Of a stretch of DNA of 17,410 nucleotides, positions 1 through 6,773 are shown in pieces; the stretch's first letter is position 1; each line of letters opens with the position of its first letter. The DNA is from a virus (taxonomy: Duplodnaviria; Heunggongvirae; Uroviricota; Caudoviricetes). The notes beneath the pieces are model-generated. The model was given only the letters and a program-made list of their open reading frames with translations. It made no database searches and was not told the origin of the DNA. The stretch is from the IMG/VR virus record IMGVR_UViG_2690316099_000011. One strand, 5' to 3'. The position numbers and the translations under genes are program-made.

Positions 1-1
1 A

Positions 2-94
2 CGCGGTTTTAAAGTGCGTCAGAAGCCGGTTAACCGGGCCTTAAAACCGGGGACGGTGACCGCCAAAATTCGCGCCATCTGGAATAAGTTATGA
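2..94 (+). CDS. 3' end of an upstream gene of unknown function (C-terminal 30 codons, ...KIRAIWNKL*)
   Basis: Open frame running off the 5' edge of the window and ending at TGA 92-94, followed by a terminator hairpin; no recognisable motif. Confidence 0.3.
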   Translation, partial: RGFKVRQKPVNRALKPGTVTAKIRAIWNKL

Positions 95-140
95 GCGCGT
101 TTGCAGGCTGTATGAAAAATCATTCCCCCGTTAACTCCAA

Positions 141-169
141 ATCCCGCCACAGCGCGGGATTTTTATTTT
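141..169 (+). terminator. Rho-independent terminator-like hairpin (stem ATCCCGC/GCGGGAT, 6-nt loop) followed by TTTTATTTT
   Basis: Perfect 7-bp inverted repeat at 141-147/154-160 followed directly by a T-tract at 161-169, read from the sequence; it lies 35 nt upstream of the activator gene, so it may also overlap the middle promoter or operator. Confidence 0.55.
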
Positions 170-204
170 AAACTTGCCCTGTGTAATGATGACCGGAGGC
201 GGGT

Positions 205-627
205 ATGGCTGAAACACAGATGAGCATGTTTGGTGACAGCGAACAGCTGCACGCGCTGATTGACCGTCTGGATGATATTCCTGATGATGAGCTGAAAAAG
301 AACTGGCCCGGCACGCTGCGGGACCTGGTTGATGTGATCAGTGCTGAACTGCACCGTCAGGGGATTGAACCTGCTCAGGCGGGAATGCTTGCCCGTAAAG
401 TTGCGGCCGCACAGGCCGGGTACATGGGCGGGCGTGGTTATTATCTCCCGGTCGGTGAATCCCTTTTCACCGAACTGCGCAATAATGAGATTTTTTCCCG
501 CTGGAGCCAGGGCGAAAAAATTGAAACCCTGCGCCGCCACTACCAGATGTCAGAGACGCAGATTTACTCCGTTATCCGTAACCAGCGCCGCCTGCATCAG
601 GAACGCACGCAGCCCCGGCTTTTCTGA
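205..627 (+). CDS. Mor/C-family phage transcriptional activator (140 aa), probably the late-gene activator C
   Basis: 140-aa ORF with a C-terminal helix-turn-helix-like segment (MSETQIYSVIRNQRR); the size matches Mu C and it sits directly upstream of the lysozyme gene, with GGAGG 7 nt before the ATG. Confidence 0.6.
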   Translation: MAETQMSMFGDSEQLHALIDRLDDIPDDELKKNWPGTLRDLVDVISAELHRQGIEPAQAGMLARKVAAAQAGYMGGRGYYLPVGESLFTELRNNEIFSRWSQGEKIETLRRHYQMSETQIYSVIRNQRRLHQERTQPRLF

Positions 628-648
628 TATTCCGCAAATCCTGCCCAC
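621..648 (+). promoter_or_regulatory. Putative activator-dependent late promoter element (Plys-like), copy 1 of a conserved 28-nt motif TTTCTGAtatTCCGCAAAtCCTGCCCac
   Basis: 22 of 28 positions are identical to a second copy at 8894-8921 upstream of the protease/scaffold gene; both lie at the heads of late transcription units, as Plys and PI do in Mu. Confidence 0.4.
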
Positions 649-698
649 TTTTTCCCACGGTTACGCTGACTCAGAGAACACCATGAGACAGCGTAACA

Positions 699-1199
699 AT
701 GCCAAAACTCCCCGCACCCCTGCGTAAAAAGCTGATTGCCCTTGTTCTGGCCGGAGCCGGGACGTTCACCATTGCCACGCACTACACCGGCTACTGGGAA
801 GGGAAAGAAAACACCACGTACATTGATCCCACCGGCACCCCCACCATCTGTTACGGCCATACCGGCCCGGATGTGAAACCGGGGATGACAAAAACTGATG
901 AAGAGTGTCTGGAGCTGCTGGAAAAGGACATGAAATGGGCCTTTGCGGCTATCGATCGTCATGTTCAGGTGCCGCTTACCCGTGGTCAGACGGTGGCGTT
1001 GGCCTCCTGGATTTTCTGGGCCGGTGAAACGAACTTTCGCAACTCCACGCTCCTGCGCCTTATCAATGCCGGGCAGATGCCCGCGTCCTGTAAGCAGTAT
1101 ATCCGCTGGATTTATTCAAAGGGGGTGAAACTCCCCGGTCTTGAGGCCCGCCGTTCGGCGGATGAATGGTTATGTCGTTACGACTTGCCGAAAGTCTGA
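699..1199 (+). CDS. SAR endolysin (T4/lambda-type lysozyme, glycoside hydrolase family 24) with N-terminal signal-arrest-release domain
   Basis: N-terminal basic stretch then a weakly hydrophobic Gly/Ala-rich helix (LIALVLAGAGTFTIA), followed by a lysozyme E-x8-D-x5-T catalytic arrangement (EGKENTTYIDPTGTPT) and conserved HTGPD and AAIDRxVxVPLT motifs. Confidence 0.85.
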   Translation: MPKLPAPLRKKLIALVLAGAGTFTIATHYTGYWEGKENTTYIDPTGTPTICYGHTGPDVKPGMTKTDEECLELLEKDMKWAFAAIDRHVQVPLTRGQTVALASWIFWAGETNFRNSTLLRLINAGQMPASCKQYIRWIYSKGVKLPGLEARRSADEWLCRYDLPKV

Positions 1200-1311
1200 A
1201 CCGTTTCTGGCGACCGCTCATGATTGCGCTGCTGTGTGCTGTTGTGGTGCTGCGGGGTGTGCTGTGGCTGCGGTGAATAATCCCTTACCAGCCCTGATTG
1301 CCGGAGGCTGT

Positions 1312-1662
1312 ATGGCGGCGCTGGGGGTGATGAGTGTGCTGGCTGCCGTGGTATGGGGAATGCACCAGAAGACGCAGCGCCTTGAGGACAATAATCATGT
1401 GCTTGTGCGTGAACGGGACGAAGCCCGTCTGGTGCTGGCAAACCAGCAACGCACCCTGCAACTCATTTCACAAATCAGTAAGGCGGCCACGAATGAAAAA
1501 CAGCAGAACATGCAGCACAGCGAGGAACAGCAGAGCATTGTCCGCCGGTCGCTGGCAACGGTGCCTGCGGCCGCTGTTCCTGTGCCTGATGATGTGGCTG
1601 ACCGGGTGCGGCGGGCCGTCTGTGAAATACGTGCCGGTGAAGCCGGTGCCGATCCCCGCTGA
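1312..1662 (+). CDS. i-spanin (Rz-like inner-membrane spanin subunit)
   Basis: ATG at 1312 preceded by GGAGG; short N-terminus, one transmembrane helix (ALGVMSVLAAVVWGM), then a charged coiled-coil-like periplasmic domain rich in Q/E/R; position is directly after the endolysin. The six-frame ORF from 1141 is an unlikely Cys-rich N-terminal extension. Confidence 0.6.
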   Translation: MAALGVMSVLAAVVWGMHQKTQRLEDNNHVLVRERDEARLVLANQQRTLQLISQISKAATNEKQQNMQHSEEQQSIVRRSLATVPAAAVPVPDDVADRVRRAVCEIRAGEAGADPR

Positions 1663-1864
1663 ATGGCTGGCTGACTGTCTGGTCCCTTCTGTGCCGCAGC
1701 CGTTCACGTTTGGCGCATCGGTCACTTACAACCTGCAACTGCTGGCGGTGATTAAGAACTGCAACGTGGACAAGGCCAGCATCCGCCGTCTGGAGGTACG
1801 GCGACAGCATGAATTTACTGATATGGCCGGAACGTCTGCTGTTCCGGCAGGAAAGACGAAGTAA
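1493..1864 (+). CDS. o-spanin (Rz1-like outer-membrane lipoprotein), overlapped architecture in the +1 frame of the i-spanin; start uncertain (ATG 1493 or TTG 1538)
   Basis: Frame-2 ORF beginning inside the i-spanin gene with a lipobox L-T-G-C (Cys codon 1607-1609) after a hydrophobic segment LFLCLMMWL, then a proline-rich mature region; it extends about 200 nt beyond the i-spanin stop. Confidence 0.5.
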   Translation: MKNSRTCSTARNSRALSAGRWQRCLRPLFLCLMMWLTGCGGPSVKYVPVKPVPIPAEWLADCLVPSVPQPFTFGASVTYNLQLLAVIKNCNVDKASIRRLEVRRQHEFTDMAGTSAVPAGKTK

Positions 1865-1874
1865 GGAAAAAGGT

Positions 1875-2102
1875 ATGGATGATTCAGATTGTGCTCAGGC
1901 AGTCATGGAGCGGGCAACAGAACGCGCCCTTTGTGACCGGCTGACACGTAAGTGCCGGGTGGAGGATACTCCGGGCAGGCGTGTATGCGCAGACTGCGGG
2001 GGTGACATTCCGGCCGCCCGTCTGGTTGCCGTGCCGGATGCCATCCGTTGTGTGAACTGCCAGAGCATCATGGAGGCCGGTCATGTGGATCAGCATCGTT
2101 AA
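1875..2102 (+). CDS. TraR/DksA-family C4 zinc-finger protein (about 75 aa)
   Basis: CADCGG...(17 residues)...CVNCQ four-cysteine finger; ATG 1875 preceded by AAGGAAAAAGG. The longer six-frame ORF from 1809 begins inside the o-spanin gene and is not favoured. Confidence 0.7.
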   Translation: MDDSDCAQAVMERATERALCDRLTRKCRVEDTPGRRVCADCGGDIPAARLVAVPDAIRCVNCQSIMEAGHVDQHR

Positions 2103-2394
2103 AGATTATGTCGTGCCGATCCTGTCGGCAACGGCCACGGCCGGGGGGATCTTTATGGCGCTGATGCGCAAAACCTTTGTCCCCCGCGAGGCCTTTGAAA
2201 AACTCTCCGACCGGGTTGAGCGGGTGGAGAGCCGGATTTCCGGCCTGCCCACGCAGCAGGAGGTGAACAGACTCAATATCGAAATCACCACCCTGCGCGG
2301 TGAGCTTAAGGCCACCAATGCCACCCTGAAATCCGTCTCCCACCAGAACGAACTGCTGCTGGAGCAGGCTGTAAGGAAAAAACACAATGAGTGA
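2083..2394 (+). CDS. Small membrane protein with N-terminal transmembrane helix and coiled-coil domain; Mu gp25 releasin-like
   Basis: Hydrophobic segment VVPILSATATAGGIFMALM followed by a heptad-like charged region; the start overlaps the stop of the zinc-finger gene; the position is equivalent to Mu gp25. Confidence 0.55.
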   Translation: MWISIVKDYVVPILSATATAGGIFMALMRKTFVPREAFEKLSDRVERVESRISGLPTQQEVNRLNIEITTLRGELKATNATLKSVSHQNELLLEQAVRKKHNE

Positions 2395-2677
2395 TTTCAT
2401 TACTGAAGATCAGCGTCTTGTCATTCTGCGGTCGCTGGCGGATTACAACGGCGAACTGGGCGAATCCGTGCTTCAGGACTGCCTGGATGATTACGGCCAC
2501 CGCGTGTCCCGCGACACCGTGCATACCCATATTGCCTGGCTTGCCGAGCAGGGACTGGTGCGTAAGCGCACGCTTGTTAACGGTTATTTCATCGTTGAAC
2601 TGACCGGCCGGGGTCAGGATGTGGCGGAAGGCCGCGCCACCGTTCCGGGTGTGAAGAAACCACGCGCAAGGGGGTAA
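2387..2677 (+). CDS. Hypothetical 96-aa protein, possibly winged-helix; Mu gp26-position protein
   Basis: ORF with an 8-nt overlap onto the preceding gene; coding-like composition and a basic C-terminus; no recognisable catalytic motif. Confidence 0.55.
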   Translation: MSDFITEDQRLVILRSLADYNGELGESVLQDCLDDYGHRVSRDTVHTHIAWLAEQGLVRKRTLVNGYFIVELTGRGQDVAEGRATVPGVKKPRARG

Positions 2678-2679
2678 CG

Positions 2680-3261
2680 ATGGATAAGCCAACGCGTGGC
2701 CGTGTACGCAAGGTGGATTTGCTCCCCGACAGCATCCGTAAGCCGCTGCTGGAAATGCTGCGTGAAAAACGCCTGACGCAGGTCCAGATCCGCGAGGAAA
2801 TCAACCGCCTGATCCGTGAGGCGGGTCTGCCGGAAGAGCAGCAGCTTTCACCGGCGGCCATCAGCCGGGAGGCCTCCCGTAATGAGCTGATTGCCCGTAA
2901 CCTGCGTGATTTACGCGAGCAGACAAAAGCCATGATGGCCGAACTGGGGGACAAGCCGACCGGTGAAACCACGGCACTGATTCTGGAAATGTCCCGCGCC
3001 CTGATGTACCGCCGTCTGCGTGCTGCCACCGAATCCCTGAACAGCGACAGCGATGTGGATATGCGCCTTATTAAGGACATCCTCCTGTCGGCACAGCGTG
3101 CGGAAAGTGCCGCCGAGCGCAGCATTAAGCGTGAAAAAGAAATCCGGGCCGCATTTGCTGAAGAGATGGCGAACGCCGTCACCGACGAGTTGCGCGGCGT
3201 GGATGGCATGAGCGAGCAGATAGAATTCCGTATCAGGCAGATGCTGCTTGGTAAGGCGTAG
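2680..3261 (+). CDS. Mu gp27-like protein (DUF3486 family), putative terminase small subunit
   Basis: 193-aa charged, helical protein immediately upstream of the terminase large subunit, as for Mu gene 27; start 3 nt after the previous stop. Confidence 0.7.
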   Translation: MDKPTRGRVRKVDLLPDSIRKPLLEMLREKRLTQVQIREEINRLIREAGLPEEQQLSPAAISREASRNELIARNLRDLREQTKAMMAELGDKPTGETTALILEMSRALMYRRLRAATESLNSDSDVDMRLIKDILLSAQRAESAAERSIKREKEIRAAFAEEMANAVTDELRGVDGMSEQIEFRIRQMLLGKA

Positions 3262-3271
3262 GAGGTGAATC

Positions 3272-3520
3272 GTGGTAACAGATAACCGCTCACTGATGAG
3301 TAGTGCTCATCAGAAGGCATTCAGTCTTGCAACACAGTTACCTCCTGAAACCATAAAAGCGTGTCGTGAGTTGACTGAACTCAGCATTGCCGGGGAAATA
3401 TCCCTGGAACAACTGCATTCGCTGCTGGCAGAGGCTGTCACTGATGAGTTGAGTGGCGTGGACGTGATGACTGAAGAGCTTGAGTTCCGAATCAAAAGCA
3501 TTCTGACAGGTAAAGCCTGA
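3272..3520 (+). CDS. Small 82-aa protein whose C-terminus is paralogous to the C-terminus of the gp27-like protein
   Basis: GTG start with GGAGG 6 nt upstream; the C-terminal 30 residues (AEAVTDELSGVDVMTEELEFRIKSILTGKA) align with the end of the upstream gene (ANAVTDELRGVDGMSEQIEFRIRQMLLGKA); its stop overlaps the terminase ATG. Confidence 0.55.
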   Translation: MVTDNRSLMSSAHQKAFSLATQLPPETIKACRELTELSIAGEISLEQLHSLLAEAVTDELSGVDVMTEELEFRIKSILTGKA

Positions 3521-5184
3521 TGAACAAAGCCAAAGAAACGTCTCCTTCACTGATACAAATGACGCCTCCCCGCAAAATTGATCTGTCCGGTGAAAAAGCC
3601 CTGCTGGGCGTGGATGTGCCGGACAGACTTGATTTGCCCGGTGATATGCCGGTGTTTCTGGATTATCAGGCCCGCTGGTTTGAGGATGAAAGTCAGGTCT
3701 GCATTGCGGAAAAATCCCGCCGCACCGGTCTTACCTGGGCGGAAGCCGGGCGTAACGTCATTACTGCTGCAAAACCGAAGCGTCGTGGTGGCCGCAATGT
3801 GTTTTATGTGGGATCAAAGCAGGAGATGGCGCTGGAATATATTTCTGCCTGCGCCCTGTTCTCCCGCGCCTTTAACCAGCTGGCGGATGCTGATGTGTAT
3901 GAGCAGACCTTCTGGGATCGGGATAAAAAAGAAGAAATTCTGACCTACATGATCCGCTTTCCGAACAGTGGATTCAAAATTCAGGCACTGTCTTCCCGTC
4001 CGTCAAACCTGCGCGGCCTTCAGGGGGATGTGGTGATTGATGAAGCCGCGTTCCACGAGTCACTGGATGAGCTTCTCAAGGCGGCAATGGCGCTCACTAT
4101 GTGGGGCGCGCGCGTGCGTATTATCTCCACGCATAACGGCGTCGATAATCTGTTTAATCAGTACATTCAGGAAGCCCGCGAGGGGCGCAAGGATTACAGC
4201 GTCCACCGCATAACCCTGGATGATGCCATTGCGGACGGGCTGTACCGTCGTATCTGTTACGTCACCGATCAGGAATGGTCACCGGAAAGCGAGCAGAAAT
4301 GGCGTGATGATCTCTACAAAAACGCCCCGACCCGTGAGGATGCCGACGAGGAATACGGCTGTATCCCGAAAAAATCCGGCGGTGCCTATATTCCTCACGC
4401 GCTTATTGAAATGGCGATGATCCGCGACATCCCGATTCTGACGTTTGAAGCCCCGGACAACTTCATCAGCCGTGCCGCATGGCTGCGTGAATCGGAAGTT
4501 TTAACCTGGTGTGAAGAACATTTAAAACCGCTTTTAGAGAAATTAAATCCCCGTTCCCGCTTCAGCTTCGGGGAAGACTTTGCCCGCACCGGTGACCTGT
4601 CCTGCTTTGTGCTGCTGGAAATCACCGAATCCCTGGCAAAGCGCGAGGTGTTTCGCGTGGAGCTGCGCAACCTGCCGTATGCCCAGCAGGAACAGGTGAT
4701 GATGTACATCCTGACCCGCGTTCCGGCGCTGGTCGGTGCGGCGTTCGACGCCACCGGTAACGGCGGCTATCTGGCAGAAGCCGCACTGCTGGCCTTTGGC
4801 CCGGACATCATCGACTGCGTGATGTTGTCGCCGAAGTGGTACGGCGAGTGGATGCCAAAACTGAAAGCCGAGTTTGAAGATCAGAATATCCTCGTCGCCC
4901 GCCATCAGACCACGCTTGATGATTTGCGCCATGTGAAGGTGGTGAATGGTATCCCGCAAATCGACAAGGGGCGCACGAAGGACCAGAACGCAACGGCTGC
5001 GAACGCCCGCCGCCATGGTGATTTTGCCGTGGCACTCTGTATGGCAAACCGGGCGTCATACATGGAGGGATTCATCCTGGATGAATCAGCCTGTCAGGCG
5101 CTGCCGGAGCGGTCGCGGGCAATGGAGGGCGGTTATCGTGATGACGATGAGGCATATCATGAATTTGAACGGGGGTGCTGGTAG
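3520..5184 (+). CDS. Terminase large subunit (Mu gp28-like)
   Basis: 554-aa ORF following the gp27-like gene and preceding the portal; acidic-residue motifs consistent with a terminase nuclease/ATPase (VVIDEAAF, a Walker-B-like hhhhDE). Confidence 0.9.
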   Translation: MNKAKETSPSLIQMTPPRKIDLSGEKALLGVDVPDRLDLPGDMPVFLDYQARWFEDESQVCIAEKSRRTGLTWAEAGRNVITAAKPKRRGGRNVFYVGSKQEMALEYISACALFSRAFNQLADADVYEQTFWDRDKKEEILTYMIRFPNSGFKIQALSSRPSNLRGLQGDVVIDEAAFHESLDELLKAAMALTMWGARVRIISTHNGVDNLFNQYIQEAREGRKDYSVHRITLDDAIADGLYRRICYVTDQEWSPESEQKWRDDLYKNAPTREDADEEYGCIPKKSGGAYIPHALIEMAMIRDIPILTFEAPDNFISRAAWLRESEVLTWCEEHLKPLLEKLNPRSRFSFGEDFARTGDLSCFVLLEITESLAKREVFRVELRNLPYAQQEQVMMYILTRVPALVGAAFDATGNGGYLAEAALLAFGPDIIDCVMLSPKWYGEWMPKLKAEFEDQNILVARHQTTLDDLRHVKVVNGIPQIDKGRTKDQNATAANARRHGDFAVALCMANRASYMEGFILDESACQALPERSRAMEGGYRDDDEAYHEFERGCW

Positions 5185-6773
5185 TGGGACGCATAATTGA
5201 TCTTGACGGAAAACCTCTCTCCTTTGACCCGGAGATGCAGAGTACCGCGCTGGATATTCCGCAGATTGCCAGCCGTTATGTTGAGCATCCCGCCTCGGGT
5301 ATCACCCCGAACCGGGCGGCGCAGTGCCTTCGGGGGGCTGAACGTGGCGACCTGATTGCCCAGTCCGATCTGGCGGCTGACATTGAAGAAAAGGACACCC
5401 ACCTTTTTGCGGAGCTGGGCAAGCGACGTCTTGCCATTCAGGGGGTGCCATGGAGTATTGAGCCGCCACCGAACGCCAGCGCGAATGAGAAAAAGGACGC
5501 GGAAATGCTCGACGAATATCTGCATTCCGCAGACTGGTTTGATGCCATGCTGTTTGACGCCACGGATGCCATCCTGAAGGGCTATTCCTGCATGGAAATT
5601 GAGCACGGGATGCTCGGTAAAATGCACATCATCCGCGCCATCCGCTGGCGTGACAGCGGGCATTTCTGCCTTAACCCGGATGATTTGAGCGAACTGCGGC
5701 TGCGTGACGGCAGCCATGCCGGGGTGGCGTTTCAGCCTTTTGGCTGGATAGTGCATCAGTCACGTTCACGGACCGGTTACGGTGGCGCAACGGGGCTTGT
5801 CAGGACGCTTATCTGGCCGTTCATTTTCAAAAACTATTCCGTGCGCGATCTGGCCGAATTTCTGGAGGTGTACGGACTGCCGATGAAGGTCGGGAAATAC
5901 CCGTCCGGGGCAACACCGGAGCAGAAAAGCGCCCTGATGCGGGCGGTGATGGATATCGGGCGACGTACAGGCGGGATCATCCCGGCCGGGATGTCGCTGG
6001 AATTTCAGGCGGCAGCAAACGGTCAGGCCGATCCATTTGAAACCATGATTTCGTGGGGGGAGCGTTCCATCTCCAAAGCAATACTCGGCGGCACGCTGAC
6101 CACGGAAGCCGGAGACAAAGGCGCGCGCTCGCTGGGTGAGGTGCATAACGAGGTGCGCCGGGAAATCAGGGATTCTGATTTACGGCAGCTGGCTGCAACC
6201 CTGAACCGCGATCTGGTGTATCCGCTGTACGCCCTGAACACCACGCACACTATTGATATCCGCCGTCTGCCACGTATCTGCTTCCAGACCAAAGAACCAG
6301 GTGATATCACCAAAATCACCAGTGCGGTGATGCAGCTCAGTACGGGGATGGATATTTCTGATCCCTGGATACGGGAGCAGACCGGTATTCCGCAGCCCAC
6401 GCCCGGTGAAGCCATATTCCGTGTCCGTCAGAGTGGCAATGAACCGGCTCAGACCGACAGGGAAACACCACCGGAAAAACAGGAAAAAACAGAGCAGACG
6501 GCGCTGTCAGCCAGACTGCCGGAAGCGAAAAGCACGCCGCGTGATGAACTGGATGATATGGGGGACGCGGTGCCTGCCCGCCGCTTACAGGAGGCCATCG
6601 ACCCGGTACTGGAGCCGGTCATTGATGCCATCAGAACGCGGGGGCTGGCGGATGCGCTGGCAGACCTGCCTGCCCTTTATCGTGAAATGGATGATTCCCG
6701 CCTGATGACGCTGCTCAGTGATGCCATGTTCGCTGCGGAAATGAAGGGGATGCTGGATGACACAGGGGATTGA
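5175..6773 (+). CDS. Portal protein (Mu gpH/gp29-like, DUF935 family)
   Basis: About 530-aa ORF directly after the terminase with an overlapping start (GTG at 5175 or 5184, after a GGGGG Shine-Dalgarno) and an acidic C-terminal tail; position as in Mu. Confidence 0.88.
   Translation: MLVVGRIIDLDGKPLSFDPEMQSTALDIPQIASRYVEHPASGITPNRAAQCLRGAERGDLIAQSDLAADIEEKDTHLFAELGKRRLAIQGVPWSIEPPPNASANEKKDAEMLDEYLHSADWFDAMLFDATDAILKGYSCMEIEHGMLGKMHIIRAIRWRDSGHFCLNPDDLSELRLRDGSHAGVAFQPFGWIVHQSRSRTGYGGATGLVRTLIWPFIFKNYSVRDLAEFLEVYGLPMKVGKYPSGATPEQKSALMRAVMDIGRRTGGIIPAGMSLEFQAAANGQADPFETMISWGERSISKAILGGTLTTEAGDKGARSLGEVHNEVRREIRDSDLRQLAATLNRDLVYPLYALNTTHTIDIRRLPRICFQTKEPGDITKITSAVMQLSTGMDISDPWIREQTGIPQPTPGEAIFRVRQSGNEPAQTDRETPPEKQEKTEQTALSARLPEAKSTPRDELDDMGDAVPARRLQEAIDPVLEPVIDAIRTRGLADALADLPALYREMDDSRLMTLLSDAMFAAEMKGMLDDTGD

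Noticed and set aside
163-540. 125-aa minus-strand ORF overlapping the activator gene
   Set aside because: Antisense to a well-supported + strand gene with a good Shine-Dalgarno and family features; GC-rich sequence commonly yields long spurious antisense ORFs.
1141-1311. N-terminal extension of the six-frame ORF 1141-1662 (Cys-rich MRPAVRR...AAVCCCGAAGC...)
   Set aside because: It overlaps the endolysin 3' end, has an implausible Cys/Ala-rich composition and lacks a Shine-Dalgarno; the ATG at 1312 with GGAGG gives a canonical short-N-terminus i-spanin.
1809-1874. Upstream start for the zinc-finger ORF (MNLLIWPERLLFRQ...)
   Set aside because: It begins inside the o-spanin gene without a Shine-Dalgarno; ATG 1875 has a strong Shine-Dalgarno and gives a typical 75-aa TraR/DksA-size protein.
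2589-3320. 243-aa minus-strand ORF (Ser/Arg-rich) across the gp27-like gene
   Set aside because: Low-complexity Ser/Arg-rich translation typical of the antisense frame of a GC-rich coding region; the + strand gene is supported by synteny.
4543-5756. Minus-strand ORFs of 157 and 199 aa inside the terminase and portal genes
   Set aside because: Antisense to high-confidence structural genes; no independent signals.
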